Made by a program: the position numbers and the translations under genes. A DNA stretch of 64,000 nt from Elusimicrobiota bacterium. GTDB lineage: Bacteria; Elusimicrobiota; Elusimicrobia; Elusimicrobiales; UBA9959. The notes under the pieces are model-generated. The model did no database searches. It had not been told where the DNA came from and worked only from the letters and a program-made list of their open reading frames with translations. The DNA lies in the NCBI GenBank assembly GCA_012517285.1, contig JAAYVG010000026.1, positions 13,408 through 77,407 on the forward strand, written 5' to 3'. Of the stretch, positions 8,140 to 17,172 are shown in pieces (positions within the stretch are counted from its first letter, which is position 1; every line of letters starts with the position of its first letter).

Positions 8140-8838
8140 ATGAAAAAGATGTTACTGTCAGTGATAGCGGTATTTTCATTGATGTCATTTGCTTATTCAG
8201 ATAAGCTTATGGCACAGATGGCTGGACCGGACAGAGACCCTGCTGAGATATCAGATGACTTTCAAGGTCATAACTGTCCTATGGGTGGTGGTGAGGGCTA
8301 TCAGATGGGAGCTGGTATTGGAAAGAAGGCTATGAAACAGCCCGGTATAGGAATAAAGGGTATGGCTAAGAAACCTATGATGGGTGAGGATATGGAGTCA
8401 AAGATTATGGAAATTATAAAGACCTATGACCCATCCTTTGCATCAAAGCTTGAACAGCTTAAGAAGGATGACCCTTTTAAATACAAGAATGTTATGAGAA
8501 TGGCCGGTGCTTCTTTAGCATCTTCAAGGAATATTGATGATAAGGATGTGGAGAAAAATATTGTTCGTGAGATATCACTTGAATACGAGGTTAGAGAGCT
8601 TTCATTTGAGTATAATAAGGCATCAAGCAATGATAAGGCAAATATAAAGTCTCAGATCAAATCCAAACTTTCTGAGATATTTGATATAAGAACAGCCATT
8701 AGAGAGCTGAGGATAAAAGAGCTTGAAGGCAAGGTTGCTGAACTAAAATCTGATATCAACTCAAGGAAACAGAACAAGGATAAAATTATTGAGCAGAGAC
8801 TTAATAAGCTTACTTCAAAGGAAGCGTTTGATTGGTAG
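8140..8838 (+). CDS. Secreted Met/Gly-rich coiled-coil protein (possible Spy/CpxP/ZraP-like envelope-stress protein)
   Basis: AAGGAGG RBS and a signal peptide. Met-rich segment CPMGGGEGYQMGAGIGKKAMKQPGIGIKGMAKKPMMGEDM, then a heptad-like helical region. The function is a guess. Confidence 0.35.
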   Translation: MKKMLLSVIAVFSLMSFAYSDKLMAQMAGPDRDPAEISDDFQGHNCPMGGGEGYQMGAGIGKKAMKQPGIGIKGMAKKPMMGEDMESKIMEIIKTYDPSFASKLEQLKKDDPFKYKNVMRMAGASLASSRNIDDKDVEKNIVREISLEYEVRELSFEYNKASSNDKANIKSQIKSKLSEIFDIRTAIRELRIKELEGKVAELKSDINSRKQNKDKIIEQRLNKLTSKEAFDW

Positions 8839-8855
8839 TTTAATGTATCCCCTAA

Positions 8856-8886
8856 TTATGCCCGTCACTTTAAGTGACGGGCATAA
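8856..8886 (+). terminator. Putative intrinsic terminator hairpin
   Basis: The 14-bp perfect stem TTATGCCCGTCACT / AGTGACGGGCATAA with a 3-nt loop, 18 nt after the stop at 8838, followed by TCCTTTCT. Confidence 0.6.
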
Positions 8887-8921
8887 TCCTTTCTGAGTTT
8901 ATATAATCAAGATAAATTTAA

Positions 8922-8927
8922 TAAAAT
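8922..8927 (+). promoter_or_regulatory. -10 hexamer TAAAAT 6 nt upstream of ATG 8934
   Basis: Read directly from the sequence. No SD. Confidence 0.4.
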
Positions 8928-8933
8928 AGTCTT

Positions 8934-10985
8934 ATGAGTTTTATTGTATTTATTTTATTTGAATTAAATTTATTTTCTGAGATTTCAAATTTAAACAATC
9001 TTGCATATACAAATTATTTGAACGGCAATTTAAAAAAATCTATTGAATATTATAAAGCACTTTATGAAACTGAAAAAAATTATAATGCACTGCTTAATAT
9101 AGCTATGATTTATAAGGATATGGATGATTATAAAAATTCTTTATATTATTTAGAAAGAGCACTTGATATAAAGAGGACTGATGATGTTTTAACCGAAGCT
9201 GGATGGCTTTATTTCCATACATCAAATATTGATAAGGCAAGGGTTTATTTTGAAGATGCTTTCAAACTGAACAGCAATAATTATAATGCAGTTTTAGGCC
9301 TTGCTACCGTTTATTCGCAGTTAGGAGATGTCATAAAAACTGTGGACTATTTGAATGTATATAAAAAGCTTAGGGGTGATTACTCTGGTGTGGATTATAT
9401 ATTTGCATGGAATTATTTTAATTTTAAGATGTATCATAGAGCAAAGGAATATCTTGTGGCAACGCTCAGAAAGGATCCATCCTTTGTTGAAGCAAGGGTT
9501 CCTCTTGCCCAGATATATTTAAAGGAGGGGGATTACAATCAGGCGTGGAATCAATACTACCGAATACTTGATGATGTTCCTGATCATCCTGTGGCTATGA
9601 GGATGATCAAGATAATAGAAGGTAAGCTTACAAAACAGCCGGAGGAGATCAGGCCTCCTTTTAAAATAAATAATCCTACTGTAATAGATGAGACATATGA
9701 TATAAATAATCTTAAAAAAAGTATTAAACTAAGGATTGCCATAGGAGCTAATGATAGTGGCAAGCAGAGGGCAAACACAGAACTTAAATTTAGGAGTTTT
9801 GGTGGAATTGGTGTATATGGTAAAAGTGGCAAAAAATATTCAGAAATAGGTAAAAATGAGATTTTAAGGTTAAAGTATGATCATGGTCAGATATATATTT
9901 ATTCTGGTAATAATGTAATTAAAAATATATTTAAAAGAGGTTTTATATTAAAACCTCTTGACCCTAAAAATGGAAGCATAATAATAGAGTCAGATTATAA
10001 AAGTTTAAATCCATATTTTAAATATTCTGACAGAGAGTATCGCGGTGATATAGAAATAGTTCCTCTTAATAATGGATTTGGGCTTATAAATATTGTTGAT
10101 CTTGAAATATATCTGCTCGGTGTAGTACCAGCTGAGATGGAACCCAAATGGCCAATTGAAGCATTAAAGGCTCAGGCAGTCATAGCAAGAACTGAGGCTG
10201 TAAGGAGGTATAAAGAAGGTCCTCATAAAAAACAGGGTTACGATCTCTGTGATACAGAGCACTGTCAGGTTTATCGTGGTGTCTCATTTGAAAAAAATTC
10301 TTCCAACAAGGCTGTTTTTGAAACTGAGGGAAGGGTTCTTACATACAATAACAGATTGGCCTATTCTTTTTATCACTCAAACTGCGGTGGATACATTCAG
10401 TCATCATCTGAGGTAACAGGATGGGGAAGGGTTCCATATCTTATTTCTCATCCTGATTATTATGAAAAAAAAGATGGTCTTGAGCCATGGGAGTTTGAAT
10501 TTTGGATAAAGGGTAATCCTGAAGCTTACTGCAATTATCCTGGGGTTGTACATGACAATGAGTTTAGATGGATGAGAATTATAAAGAGATCAGAAATAAA
10601 TTTTAAACTTAACAAAAGATATAATATTGGTGAGCTTAAAAGCATAGCTGTGATGAGAAGGAGCAAGAGTGGTAATGTTAATTCTGTAAAAATAACTGGT
10701 TCTAAAAGAAGTGTTACTGTGGACAGAGAGCATATAATAAGAAATATTTTTGGTTTGAATTCTCTTAAATCAACACTTTTTAATGTTGAGATAAACAGAT
10801 TTCCTGATGGAAGGATAAGAAATGTATGGTTTTATGGTGGAGGTTGGGGACATTCAATAGGTATGTGTCAGGGTGGGGCTGCAGGTATGGCAGGGAAGTA
10901 TGGCAAGACCTACAAAGAGATATTGAACTTTTATTTTCCAGGGACAAAGGTAAAAAGATTAAAATTTATAAAGAAATCAAAATAA
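8934..10985 (+). CDS. TPR-repeat / SpoIID-LytB domain protein
   Basis: N-terminal TPR-like repeats. C-terminal SpoIID signature EMEPKWPIEALKAQAVIARTEAV...GYDLCDTEHCQVYRG...FYHSNCGG. Confidence 0.8.
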   Translation: MSFIVFILFELNLFSEISNLNNLAYTNYLNGNLKKSIEYYKALYETEKNYNALLNIAMIYKDMDDYKNSLYYLERALDIKRTDDVLTEAGWLYFHTSNIDKARVYFEDAFKLNSNNYNAVLGLATVYSQLGDVIKTVDYLNVYKKLRGDYSGVDYIFAWNYFNFKMYHRAKEYLVATLRKDPSFVEARVPLAQIYLKEGDYNQAWNQYYRILDDVPDHPVAMRMIKIIEGKLTKQPEEIRPPFKINNPTVIDETYDINNLKKSIKLRIAIGANDSGKQRANTELKFRSFGGIGVYGKSGKKYSEIGKNEILRLKYDHGQIYIYSGNNVIKNIFKRGFILKPLDPKNGSIIIESDYKSLNPYFKYSDREYRGDIEIVPLNNGFGLINIVDLEIYLLGVVPAEMEPKWPIEALKAQAVIARTEAVRRYKEGPHKKQGYDLCDTEHCQVYRGVSFEKNSSNKAVFETEGRVLTYNNRLAYSFYHSNCGGYIQSSSEVTGWGRVPYLISHPDYYEKKDGLEPWEFEFWIKGNPEAYCNYPGVVHDNEFRWMRIIKRSEINFKLNKRYNIGELKSIAVMRRSKSGNVNSVKITGSKRSVTVDREHIIRNIFGLNSLKSTLFNVEINRFPDGRIRNVWFYGGGWGHSIGMCQGGAAGMAGKYGKTYKEILNFYFPGTKVKRLKFIKKSK

Positions 10986-11016
10986 ATTATAATTTTTTAC
11001 TGTTTGTATCCGCTGT

Positions 11017-11160
11017 CCCCTAAATAAATAACGAGATGACCAAATAACCAATTTATCTGTTTTCATCAGTGTATTTAATCCGTCTCCATCCTGATGATTA
11101 CATCTTGATGAATCTGTCTTCATCTCGATGATTAAACAACCAGATAACTAAATAACTAAT
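11017..11160. repeat. Intergenic module block (CTAAATAA heptamers + TCATCNNGATGA units)
   Basis: cccctaaataaataacgagatgaccaaataaccaatt ... ccatcctgatgattacatcttgatgaatctgtcttcatctcgatgatt ... aaacaaccagataactaaataactaatt. No GC palindrome in this copy. Confidence 0.85.
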
Positions 11161-12000
11161 TTATCTGTTCCCTATATTCATAAGTATCGTTGAGCCCTGT
11201 GGATTTTTTGATAGTGCTGATATAACATTTGGATTGGCCATAACCTCTGTAAGCTCGGGATTATTTTTTAATATATTATTCATTTTGTCAGGATCACTCA
11301 TAATATCAGTAACAGCCTTTGAAGAGATGATCTCCTGCATCATCTTGCTCTGAGCTATTGAATTTAAAAGCTGTGGATTGTTGAGTGCCTGCTGAACAAA
11401 GGAGTTGTTTAAGAAATTTCCTATGACCTGTGGGTTTGACAAATATGATTCAAGTGCCTTTGAGTCTGAGAGATTACGCTTAACAGAATCCCTTGATAAA
11501 AAGCCTTTAACAACAAAATCATTGTTAAAAAGCGATGAAATTGCTTTTGGATTGTTTGCAAGTTTTGAAACCGCATCGCTTAAAAATCCCTTTTTGTAAC
11601 CGACAGCTGCCATTTCTTTCTGTTTTATATCCTTTGTTATCTCAGCCTCATTTTTTGTAGTTCCTTTTTTTGATTTTGTTGAATCGTTAGTGGCAGTTGT
11701 CGTGTTGCTATCATTATCAGCCAGTGTATAAGTTCTTGTGGATATCACTCTGTCTTTTTCTTGTCCTATGTTCTTATAGTTCACTGAATATGTGAGATCT
11801 GCAAGATTTGGTTCATAAAATTTGTAGCCTTCTTCCTGTTTAATATCTGCGTTTGTATTAAATGCACTCAGAGTATCATCTGTGAGTTTAATATCTGTTG
11901 AGTATGATTTCATAATGATAACAATGATAACAATGGCAGCAATGATATAAAGCGGGATAAGATATAGCCAAACCTTTGATTTTTTTTGTCCATTTTCCAT
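11161..12000 (-). CDS. Membrane-anchored hypothetical protein with C-terminal N-P-x helical repeats
   Basis: The likely start is the internal Met (MENGQKKSKVWLYLIPLYIIAAIV), which avoids overlap with the divergent GT2 gene. One TM helix. C-terminal repeats NNPQLLNS / SDPDKMNNILKNNPELTEVMANPNVISALSKNPQG. Confidence 0.5.
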   Translation of the reverse strand: MENGQKKSKVWLYLIPLYIIAAIVIIVIIMKSYSTDIKLTDDTLSAFNTNADIKQEEGYKFYEPNLADLTYSVNYKNIGQEKDRVISTRTYTLADNDSNTTTATNDSTKSKKGTTKNEAEITKDIKQKEMAAVGYKKGFLSDAVSKLANNPKAISSLFNNDFVVKGFLSRDSVKRNLSDSKALESYLSNPQVIGNFLNNSFVQQALNNPQLLNSIAQSKMMQEIISSKAVTDIMSDPDKMNNILKNNPELTEVMANPNVISALSKNPQGSTILMNIGNR

Positions 12001-12058
12001 AATTATTTGATAAAATAAATTATAGTAATTTATTTTGATTAAAACAAGGTGAAATTTA

Positions 12059-13324
12059 ATGATTGAGGTTATATTTTTCTTTTTATTGCTTTTTCTTGGC
12101 AACTTAGCACAGCTTTATTTATTTATAACAATGATACTCTATCTCTTCATATCGTTTACAGGTGTTTTTCTATATATTAAGAATGAAAGTATAGATTTTA
12201 AAAAAAATAAGAAGTTTGCAGTTCTTATACCAGCACATAACGAAGAGAATGTTATTTCAAACCTTCTTGATAGTATTGATATGCTGGATTATCCAGAAGA
12301 TTTATATGATGTCTTTGTCATATGTGATCACTGTTCCGATAAGACAAAAGAGATTGTTAGTAATTATGATGTAGGATTGCTTGAGTATAATGACAGGTTT
12401 CCATCAAACAAGGCAAGGGCATTGAACAGAGCAATTGATGATATACTAAGAGAAAGAGATATTTATGATGCATTCTGTTATTTTGATGCAGATTCTCTTG
12501 TTCATCCTGATTTTTTGAAGGCTATGGCAGGATATCTCTCATCAGGAGCTAAGGTGATACAGGCCCAGCAGCTTCCAAAAAATCCTGAGGAGTCTTTTTT
12601 GTCAGTTATAATATCAAGCGGACAGTTTATAACAAACAAGTTTTTTCAGAAACCTAAAAATATGCTCGGCCTTTCAGCAACACTCCATGGAAAGGGGATG
12701 TGCTTTGATACTGATACTGTAAAAAGATTTAGATGGGATGAAAACTGTCTTACTGAGGACCTTGAGATGCAGATGAGGCTTATAGAGAATGGTATAAGGA
12801 TTTATTGGAGTGAGAAGGCTATTGTTTTTGATGAAGAGCCTATTATGATAAGACAGTATCTTATGAGATCTATAAGATGGACGAGAGGTTCACTTGATAC
12901 AGCAAAAAAGCATGCTTCAAATCTTTTTAAACTTTTTTTCAAAAAACTTGATTTCAAGATGCTTGAAGCCTTTGTATACTGCTTTGGAGTTTACAGGGTT
13001 GTAATTGTCGTCTTTGTTGCTCTTGCAATGTATCTTACAAGGAATGAGTTTAACCTTCTTATCTATTGTTTCCGTCTTATTCCATATGAGGCTCTGATTT
13101 CAAAGTTGTTGTTTATTGTAACGCCATTTGTTATACTTCCTTTTATGATACTTCTGGATAAAAAGATAGGATTCAATATGTTTGTTGGTTATTTCTTACA
13201 GCCTGCTTTAGGTTTTTTCAGAATTCCTATATTTTTATTTGGTATTGCAAAGGACAGAGAGTTATGGAATAGAACAGAGCATACGAGTAAGGTTAAAATA
13301 ACTGATATAATAAATAATAGATAG
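12059..13324 (+). CDS. Membrane glycosyltransferase family 2 (processive synthase-like)
   Basis: VLIPAHNEE, FDADS, TEDLE and a Q/RxxRW-like SIRWTRG motif, with N- and C-terminal TM helices. Confidence 0.75.
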   Translation: MIEVIFFFLLLFLGNLAQLYLFITMILYLFISFTGVFLYIKNESIDFKKNKKFAVLIPAHNEENVISNLLDSIDMLDYPEDLYDVFVICDHCSDKTKEIVSNYDVGLLEYNDRFPSNKARALNRAIDDILRERDIYDAFCYFDADSLVHPDFLKAMAGYLSSGAKVIQAQQLPKNPEESFLSVIISSGQFITNKFFQKPKNMLGLSATLHGKGMCFDTDTVKRFRWDENCLTEDLEMQMRLIENGIRIYWSEKAIVFDEEPIMIRQYLMRSIRWTRGSLDTAKKHASNLFKLFFKKLDFKMLEAFVYCFGVYRVVIVVFVALAMYLTRNEFNLLIYCFRLIPYEALISKLLFIVTPFVILPFMILLDKKIGFNMFVGYFLQPALGFFRIPIFLFGIAKDRELWNRTEHTSKVKITDIINNR

Positions 13325-13385
13325 TAGAAAGTTAAATATTGGAAACTGAGGTCAGAAAGTAGATAGATTTATCGCTGGAGTTTTT

Positions 13386-13853
13386 ATGAAAATATTTTTT
13401 ATGATTGTTGGAACATTTTTATACTCGCAAAATACATCTGTTCAGAGACCAGAACCTGATAAGGTTATGAAGACAATAGAAAGTATTACATTGTCAGAAG
13501 AGCAGAGTTCGGAGCTTCTTGATGACTTAAACAAGAACCTAAAAAAATTTGATTCTAAGGAAAAAAAGTATAAAAAAAAGATAAAAGAAAAAGAAGATAT
13601 TGAAAGAGAGATAGAAGAATTAAAAAATGAACTTACTGAGATAAATAAAAATGTTACATTAATAATCAAGAGTCATTTGAGCGAAGAACAGCTCAAGCAG
13701 TTTGATGATATAATAAAAAAGCAAAAGGAAAAGCTAAATTCTACAAAAACTGATGCTGTTAAAAAACAAGAGATTACAGATGATAGTGCTAAAAAGGTTG
13801 AAGAAAATAAAGACACTGATACAGTATCTCCTTTTAATGTATATTTCCCTTAA
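13386..13853 (+). CDS. Secreted Lys/Glu-rich protein with LTXXQ-like motifs (Spy/CpxP-like)
   Basis: Signal-like N-terminus. Motifs LSEEQSSELL and LSEEQLKQF within a highly charged helical sequence. Confidence 0.4.
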   Translation: MKIFFMIVGTFLYSQNTSVQRPEPDKVMKTIESITLSEEQSSELLDDLNKNLKKFDSKEKKYKKKIKEKEDIEREIEELKNELTEINKNVTLIIKSHLSEEQLKQFDDIIKKQKEKLNSTKTDAVKKQEITDDSAKKVEENKDTDTVSPFNVYFP

Positions 13854-13914
13854 TTTTTTTATTTTGTAAAATTTAAATTATATCTTTGTTTCTTGTTTTT
13901 AGCAAGGAGCTATT

Positions 13915-14289
13915 ATGGCTAAAGTAATGATAGTGGATGATGATCCTGAAATATCAAAACTATTGCAAATTGCGATGGAATCGCTTGGACATACTGTAAG
14001 GGTCTGCGATAATGGAAGGGATGTTATAGATGCATTAAGGGATTTTAAACCCGATCTTATGATACTTGATGTAATGCTTCCAGGTGTAGATGGATATTCA
14101 ATTACCTCAATAATGAATGGAGATCCTGAGCTATCCAAACTTCCTATAATAGTTCTTTCAGCCCTTGAACCTTCAAAAAGTCTTTTTGTTAAATTTGATC
14201 AGGTTGTAGCTTTTATTACAAAGCCATTCAACACAGATGACCTTTTTGAAGCAGTGAAAAATGCTCTTGAAAGGGTGAATAATAAATAG
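13915..14289 (+). CDS. Single-domain response regulator (CheY-like receiver)
   Basis: VDDD...DLMILDVMLPGVDG...ITKPF: acidic pocket, phospho-acceptor Asp and conserved Lys. AAGGAG RBS. Confidence 0.85.
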   Translation: MAKVMIVDDDPEISKLLQIAMESLGHTVRVCDNGRDVIDALRDFKPDLMILDVMLPGVDGYSITSIMNGDPELSKLPIIVLSALEPSKSLFVKFDQVVAFITKPFNTDDLFEAVKNALERVNNK

Positions 14290-14310
14290 TGTTTACTGAA
14301 AATAATAAAA

Positions 14311-14348
14311 TTGTCTTCCTAAATAACTAAATAACGAGATAACTAATT
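14311..14348. repeat. Intergenic module (GTCTTC + CCTAAATAACTAAATAACGAGATAACTAATT) abutting an RBS
   Basis: Same heptamer vocabulary as 36281-36325. It ends 0-1 nt before the GGAGG of the epimerase gene. Confidence 0.8.
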
Positions 14349-14357
14349 GGAGGTCTT

Positions 14358-15305
14358 ATGAAGAAATTGTGGCTTATCACCGGTGGAGCAGGTTTTATAG
14401 GTTCTAATATTGTTGAAGAGCTTGTCAGACGTGGGGAGCGTGTTAGAATAATAGATAACTTTTCAGCAGGAAAAAAAGATAATATAAAAGATTTTATGAA
14501 TAAAATTGAGGTTGTTGAGGGGGATATAAGAAAATATGATGATATAAAAAAGGCTGTGAAGGGTGTTGACTATGTCCTCCATGAGGCCGCTATGAGGTCA
14601 GTTCCTAAATCTGTTGATGATCCGAGAGGGGCAAATGATAACAATATAACAGGCACATTGAATGTTTTGATGGCCGCTAAGGAAGCAGGGGTTAAAAAAC
14701 TTGTCTATGCTTCATCAAGCTCTGTTTATGGAGACTCAAAAAAATTTCCTCAAAAGGAGGATATGTTTCCATCACCTATATCACCGTATGCTGTGTCAAA
14801 GTTAGCAGCGGAATATTACTGCGTGATGTTTTCAAAGACATTTGCGCTGCCAACAGTCTCTTTAAGATATTTTAATGTTTTTGGTCCAAAGCAACCACCT
14901 GAGTCTATGTATTCTCCTGTCATACCTAAGTTTATCAAATCTGCTATTGAAAAAAAACCGCTTGAGATCCACTGGGATGGTAAACAATCAAGAGATTTTA
15001 CATATGTTGCAAATATTGTAAAAGCAAACATAATAGCAGCTGAATCTGATGTTTATGGAAAGGTTTATAATGTTGCCTGTGGAGCAACAGTTTCATTGCT
15101 GGATATAGTAAAGCTTTTGGAATCCTTTCTGGGGTATAAGCTTGAAAAAAAATTTTTACCTAAGAGAGCTGGTGATGTGAGAAAGACATGTGCTGATGTG
15201 TCAAAAATTAAGAAAGAGTTAGGATATAAAAATGAAGTGAATTTTAAAGATGGGCTGAAAAAGACTCTTGAGTGGTTTATGAGTAATAAAAGGGGGGAGA
15301 AATGA
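14358..15305 (+). CDS. NAD-dependent nucleotide-sugar epimerase/dehydratase (UDP-hexose 4-epimerase-like SDR)
   Basis: GGAGFIGS Rossmann motif, catalytic YAVSK (YxxxK) and an extended-SDR length. GGAGG RBS. Confidence 0.85.
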   Translation: MKKLWLITGGAGFIGSNIVEELVRRGERVRIIDNFSAGKKDNIKDFMNKIEVVEGDIRKYDDIKKAVKGVDYVLHEAAMRSVPKSVDDPRGANDNNITGTLNVLMAAKEAGVKKLVYASSSSVYGDSKKFPQKEDMFPSPISPYAVSKLAAEYYCVMFSKTFALPTVSLRYFNVFGPKQPPESMYSPVIPKFIKSAIEKKPLEIHWDGKQSRDFTYVANIVKANIIAAESDVYGKVYNVACGATVSLLDIVKLLESFLGYKLEKKFLPKRAGDVRKTCADVSKIKKELGYKNEVNFKDGLKKTLEWFMSNKRGEK

Positions 15306-15895
15306 TAAATGTTTCAAATATAAACAACAAGGGCTCTATTGAGGTTATATGTGGTAGTATGTTTTCAGGAAAAACTCAGGAGCTTATAAGAAGGCTCAAA
15401 CTATGCATTATAGCAAAACAGAAGGTTCAGATATTCAACTCTTATCTTGATACTCGTTATGCAAAGGAGCACATAGTTTCACATGATAAAAGTATGCTTA
15501 AGGCTACAGGTGTAAAAAAAGCATCAGAGATATTAAAGAAGGTTCAAGATGATACTCATGTTGTTGGTATAGATGAGGCACATTTCTTTGATGATGATAT
15601 AATTGATGTGGCAAACAGGCTTGCTGATGATGGAAAGCGTGTTATCATAGCAGGGCTTGATATGGACTGGAGAGGAAAGCCCTTTATAAATATGGCAAAG
15701 CTTATGGCGATATCAGAGTATGTTACAAAGAATTTAGCGATATGTATGGTCTGTGGTAATCCTGCACACTACACACAGAAGCTTGTTGAGGGAAAGGATA
15801 GAATTGTAGTTGGTGCCTCAGATAAATATGAGGCAAGATGTAGAAGGTGTTTTAATCCAGAGCTCTCTGTTGCTTCTGAGAAATCAAAGAAGTGA
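15302..15895 (+). CDS. tdk: Thymidine kinase
   Basis: P-loop GSMFSGKT, DEAHFF, and zinc-ribbon cysteines CMVCG...ARCRRC. Confidence 0.9.
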   Translation: MINVSNINNKGSIEVICGSMFSGKTQELIRRLKLCIIAKQKVQIFNSYLDTRYAKEHIVSHDKSMLKATGVKKASEILKKVQDDTHVVGIDEAHFFDDDIIDVANRLADDGKRVIIAGLDMDWRGKPFINMAKLMAISEYVTKNLAICMVCGNPAHYTQKLVEGKDRIVVGASDKYEARCRRCFNPELSVASEKSKK

Positions 15896-15900
15896 AATGA

Positions 15901-17172
15901 TTATCTGCTCCACATAGGGGTGCTTGAGGTTCCCTTTATTTTATCGGATAGCAGTCTCGGTGATGAACCATCAATATCCATTATATATATCTGCTTTTTA
16001 CCCTTCCTTGTTGATGTGAATGATATAAATCTCGAATCAGGTGAAAACGATGGATCCTCATTATCTCCTTCATTCCTTGTTAATCTTTTGATGACGCTCG
16101 TGGTTGGATCCATAATAAATATATTCAATCTTTCTGCTCTTGTTTCTCTGGCAGAAAAAGTTATCCACTTTCCATCAGGAGACCAGTTGGGTGAGTCAAC
16201 CCAATAAAAGTTTGTGAGTTTTCTATATTTTTTATTCTCAATATTATATATATAAAGCTGTGGTTTTCCTGCCCTATCGCTTATGAATGCTACCTCTTTG
16301 CTGTCAGGTGAAAATGTTGGTGATGAACATACCCCAAACCTATCAAGAAGCTTTTTTACATCCTTTGTCAAAATATCTATCATATATATGGACGGATCCT
16401 TACCCCTTGATAGTGTTAATACGAACTGTTTATCATCAGGTGAAAACCCTCCTGCCACATTCAGCCCTTGGTATTTTGAAAATGGTTTTATTTTTCCAAC
16501 ACTCATATCTATAATAAAAAGATCAGGGTTTCCATATCTGTATGAGGTATAATAAATCTTTGTTCCGTCGTTGGTCCATTTAGGAATTATGGATATGCTT
16601 TTGTGATTCGTTAGTTGTGTAAGATTTTCACCATCATAATCTATAACATATATCTCCTTATGACCTGTTGAATCGTTTGAAAAAGTTATCTGACTTGTTG
16701 CTATTCCTTTCTTTCCAATTGTTTTTTCTATTATATCATTGCTCATCATATGAGCAGCTTTTCTTACAGCTCTCTGAGACGTTATATATTTTTTGATCAG
16801 TATTTTGTTTTTGAGTTCAGTGTTATATATTGTTTGTTTTATTGATATATTGTTCTTATCATCTGTTCCTATCTGGGCGGTAACAAGGAATTTAGATTTT
16901 TTAGAATATTCCGAGAGCAGAGCTGGTGTTATTACATCATCATCTGATTCTGTTACCAAAAAATATCTTGACAGCATAAGATCAGTTCTAACTATTTCTT
17001 TTATATATTCAGCTGAATATATATCTGTTTGGTTGGTTGTATCCTGTGTAAAATTTGATAAGATTATCCCATCTTCAGAAAAATTTTTTTCCACACCGAG
17101 ATATATTTCTGTGTTCTGTGAAAAGGCTGAAATGTTTAAAAATAAAAATATTTTTAAAAAAATATAAAACAT
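15901..17172 (-). CDS. tolB: Tol-Pal system beta-propeller protein TolB
   Basis: Signal peptide and an N-terminal TolB_N-like region. Repeated propeller blades with SPDG/SPDS motifs (FSPDDKQF, FSPDSKEVAF, WSPDGKWITF, FSPDSRFISF). Confidence 0.85.
   Translation of the reverse strand: MFYIFLKIFLFLNISAFSQNTEIYLGVEKNFSEDGIILSNFTQDTTNQTDIYSAEYIKEIVRTDLMLSRYFLVTESDDDVITPALLSEYSKKSKFLVTAQIGTDDKNNISIKQTIYNTELKNKILIKKYITSQRAVRKAAHMMSNDIIEKTIGKKGIATSQITFSNDSTGHKEIYVIDYDGENLTQLTNHKSISIIPKWTNDGTKIYYTSYRYGNPDLFIIDMSVGKIKPFSKYQGLNVAGGFSPDDKQFVLTLSRGKDPSIYMIDILTKDVKKLLDRFGVCSSPTFSPDSKEVAFISDRAGKPQLYIYNIENKKYRKLTNFYWVDSPNWSPDGKWITFSARETRAERLNIFIMDPTTSVIKRLTRNEGDNEDPSFSPDSRFISFTSTRKGKKQIYIMDIDGSSPRLLSDKIKGTSSTPMWSR

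Noticed and set aside
10826-11023. A 65-aa plus-strand ORF overlapping the end of the SpoIID gene in another frame.
   Set aside because: It lies entirely within or just after a well-supported gene, has a Trp/Arg/Gly-rich off-frame translation, and shows no start signals.
11161-12102. The full 313-aa version of the minus-strand ORF.
   Set aside because: The first 34 codons would overlap the divergent GT2 gene start and its promoter region. The internal Met (12000) is followed immediately by the TM anchor, so I annotated 11161..12000 instead.
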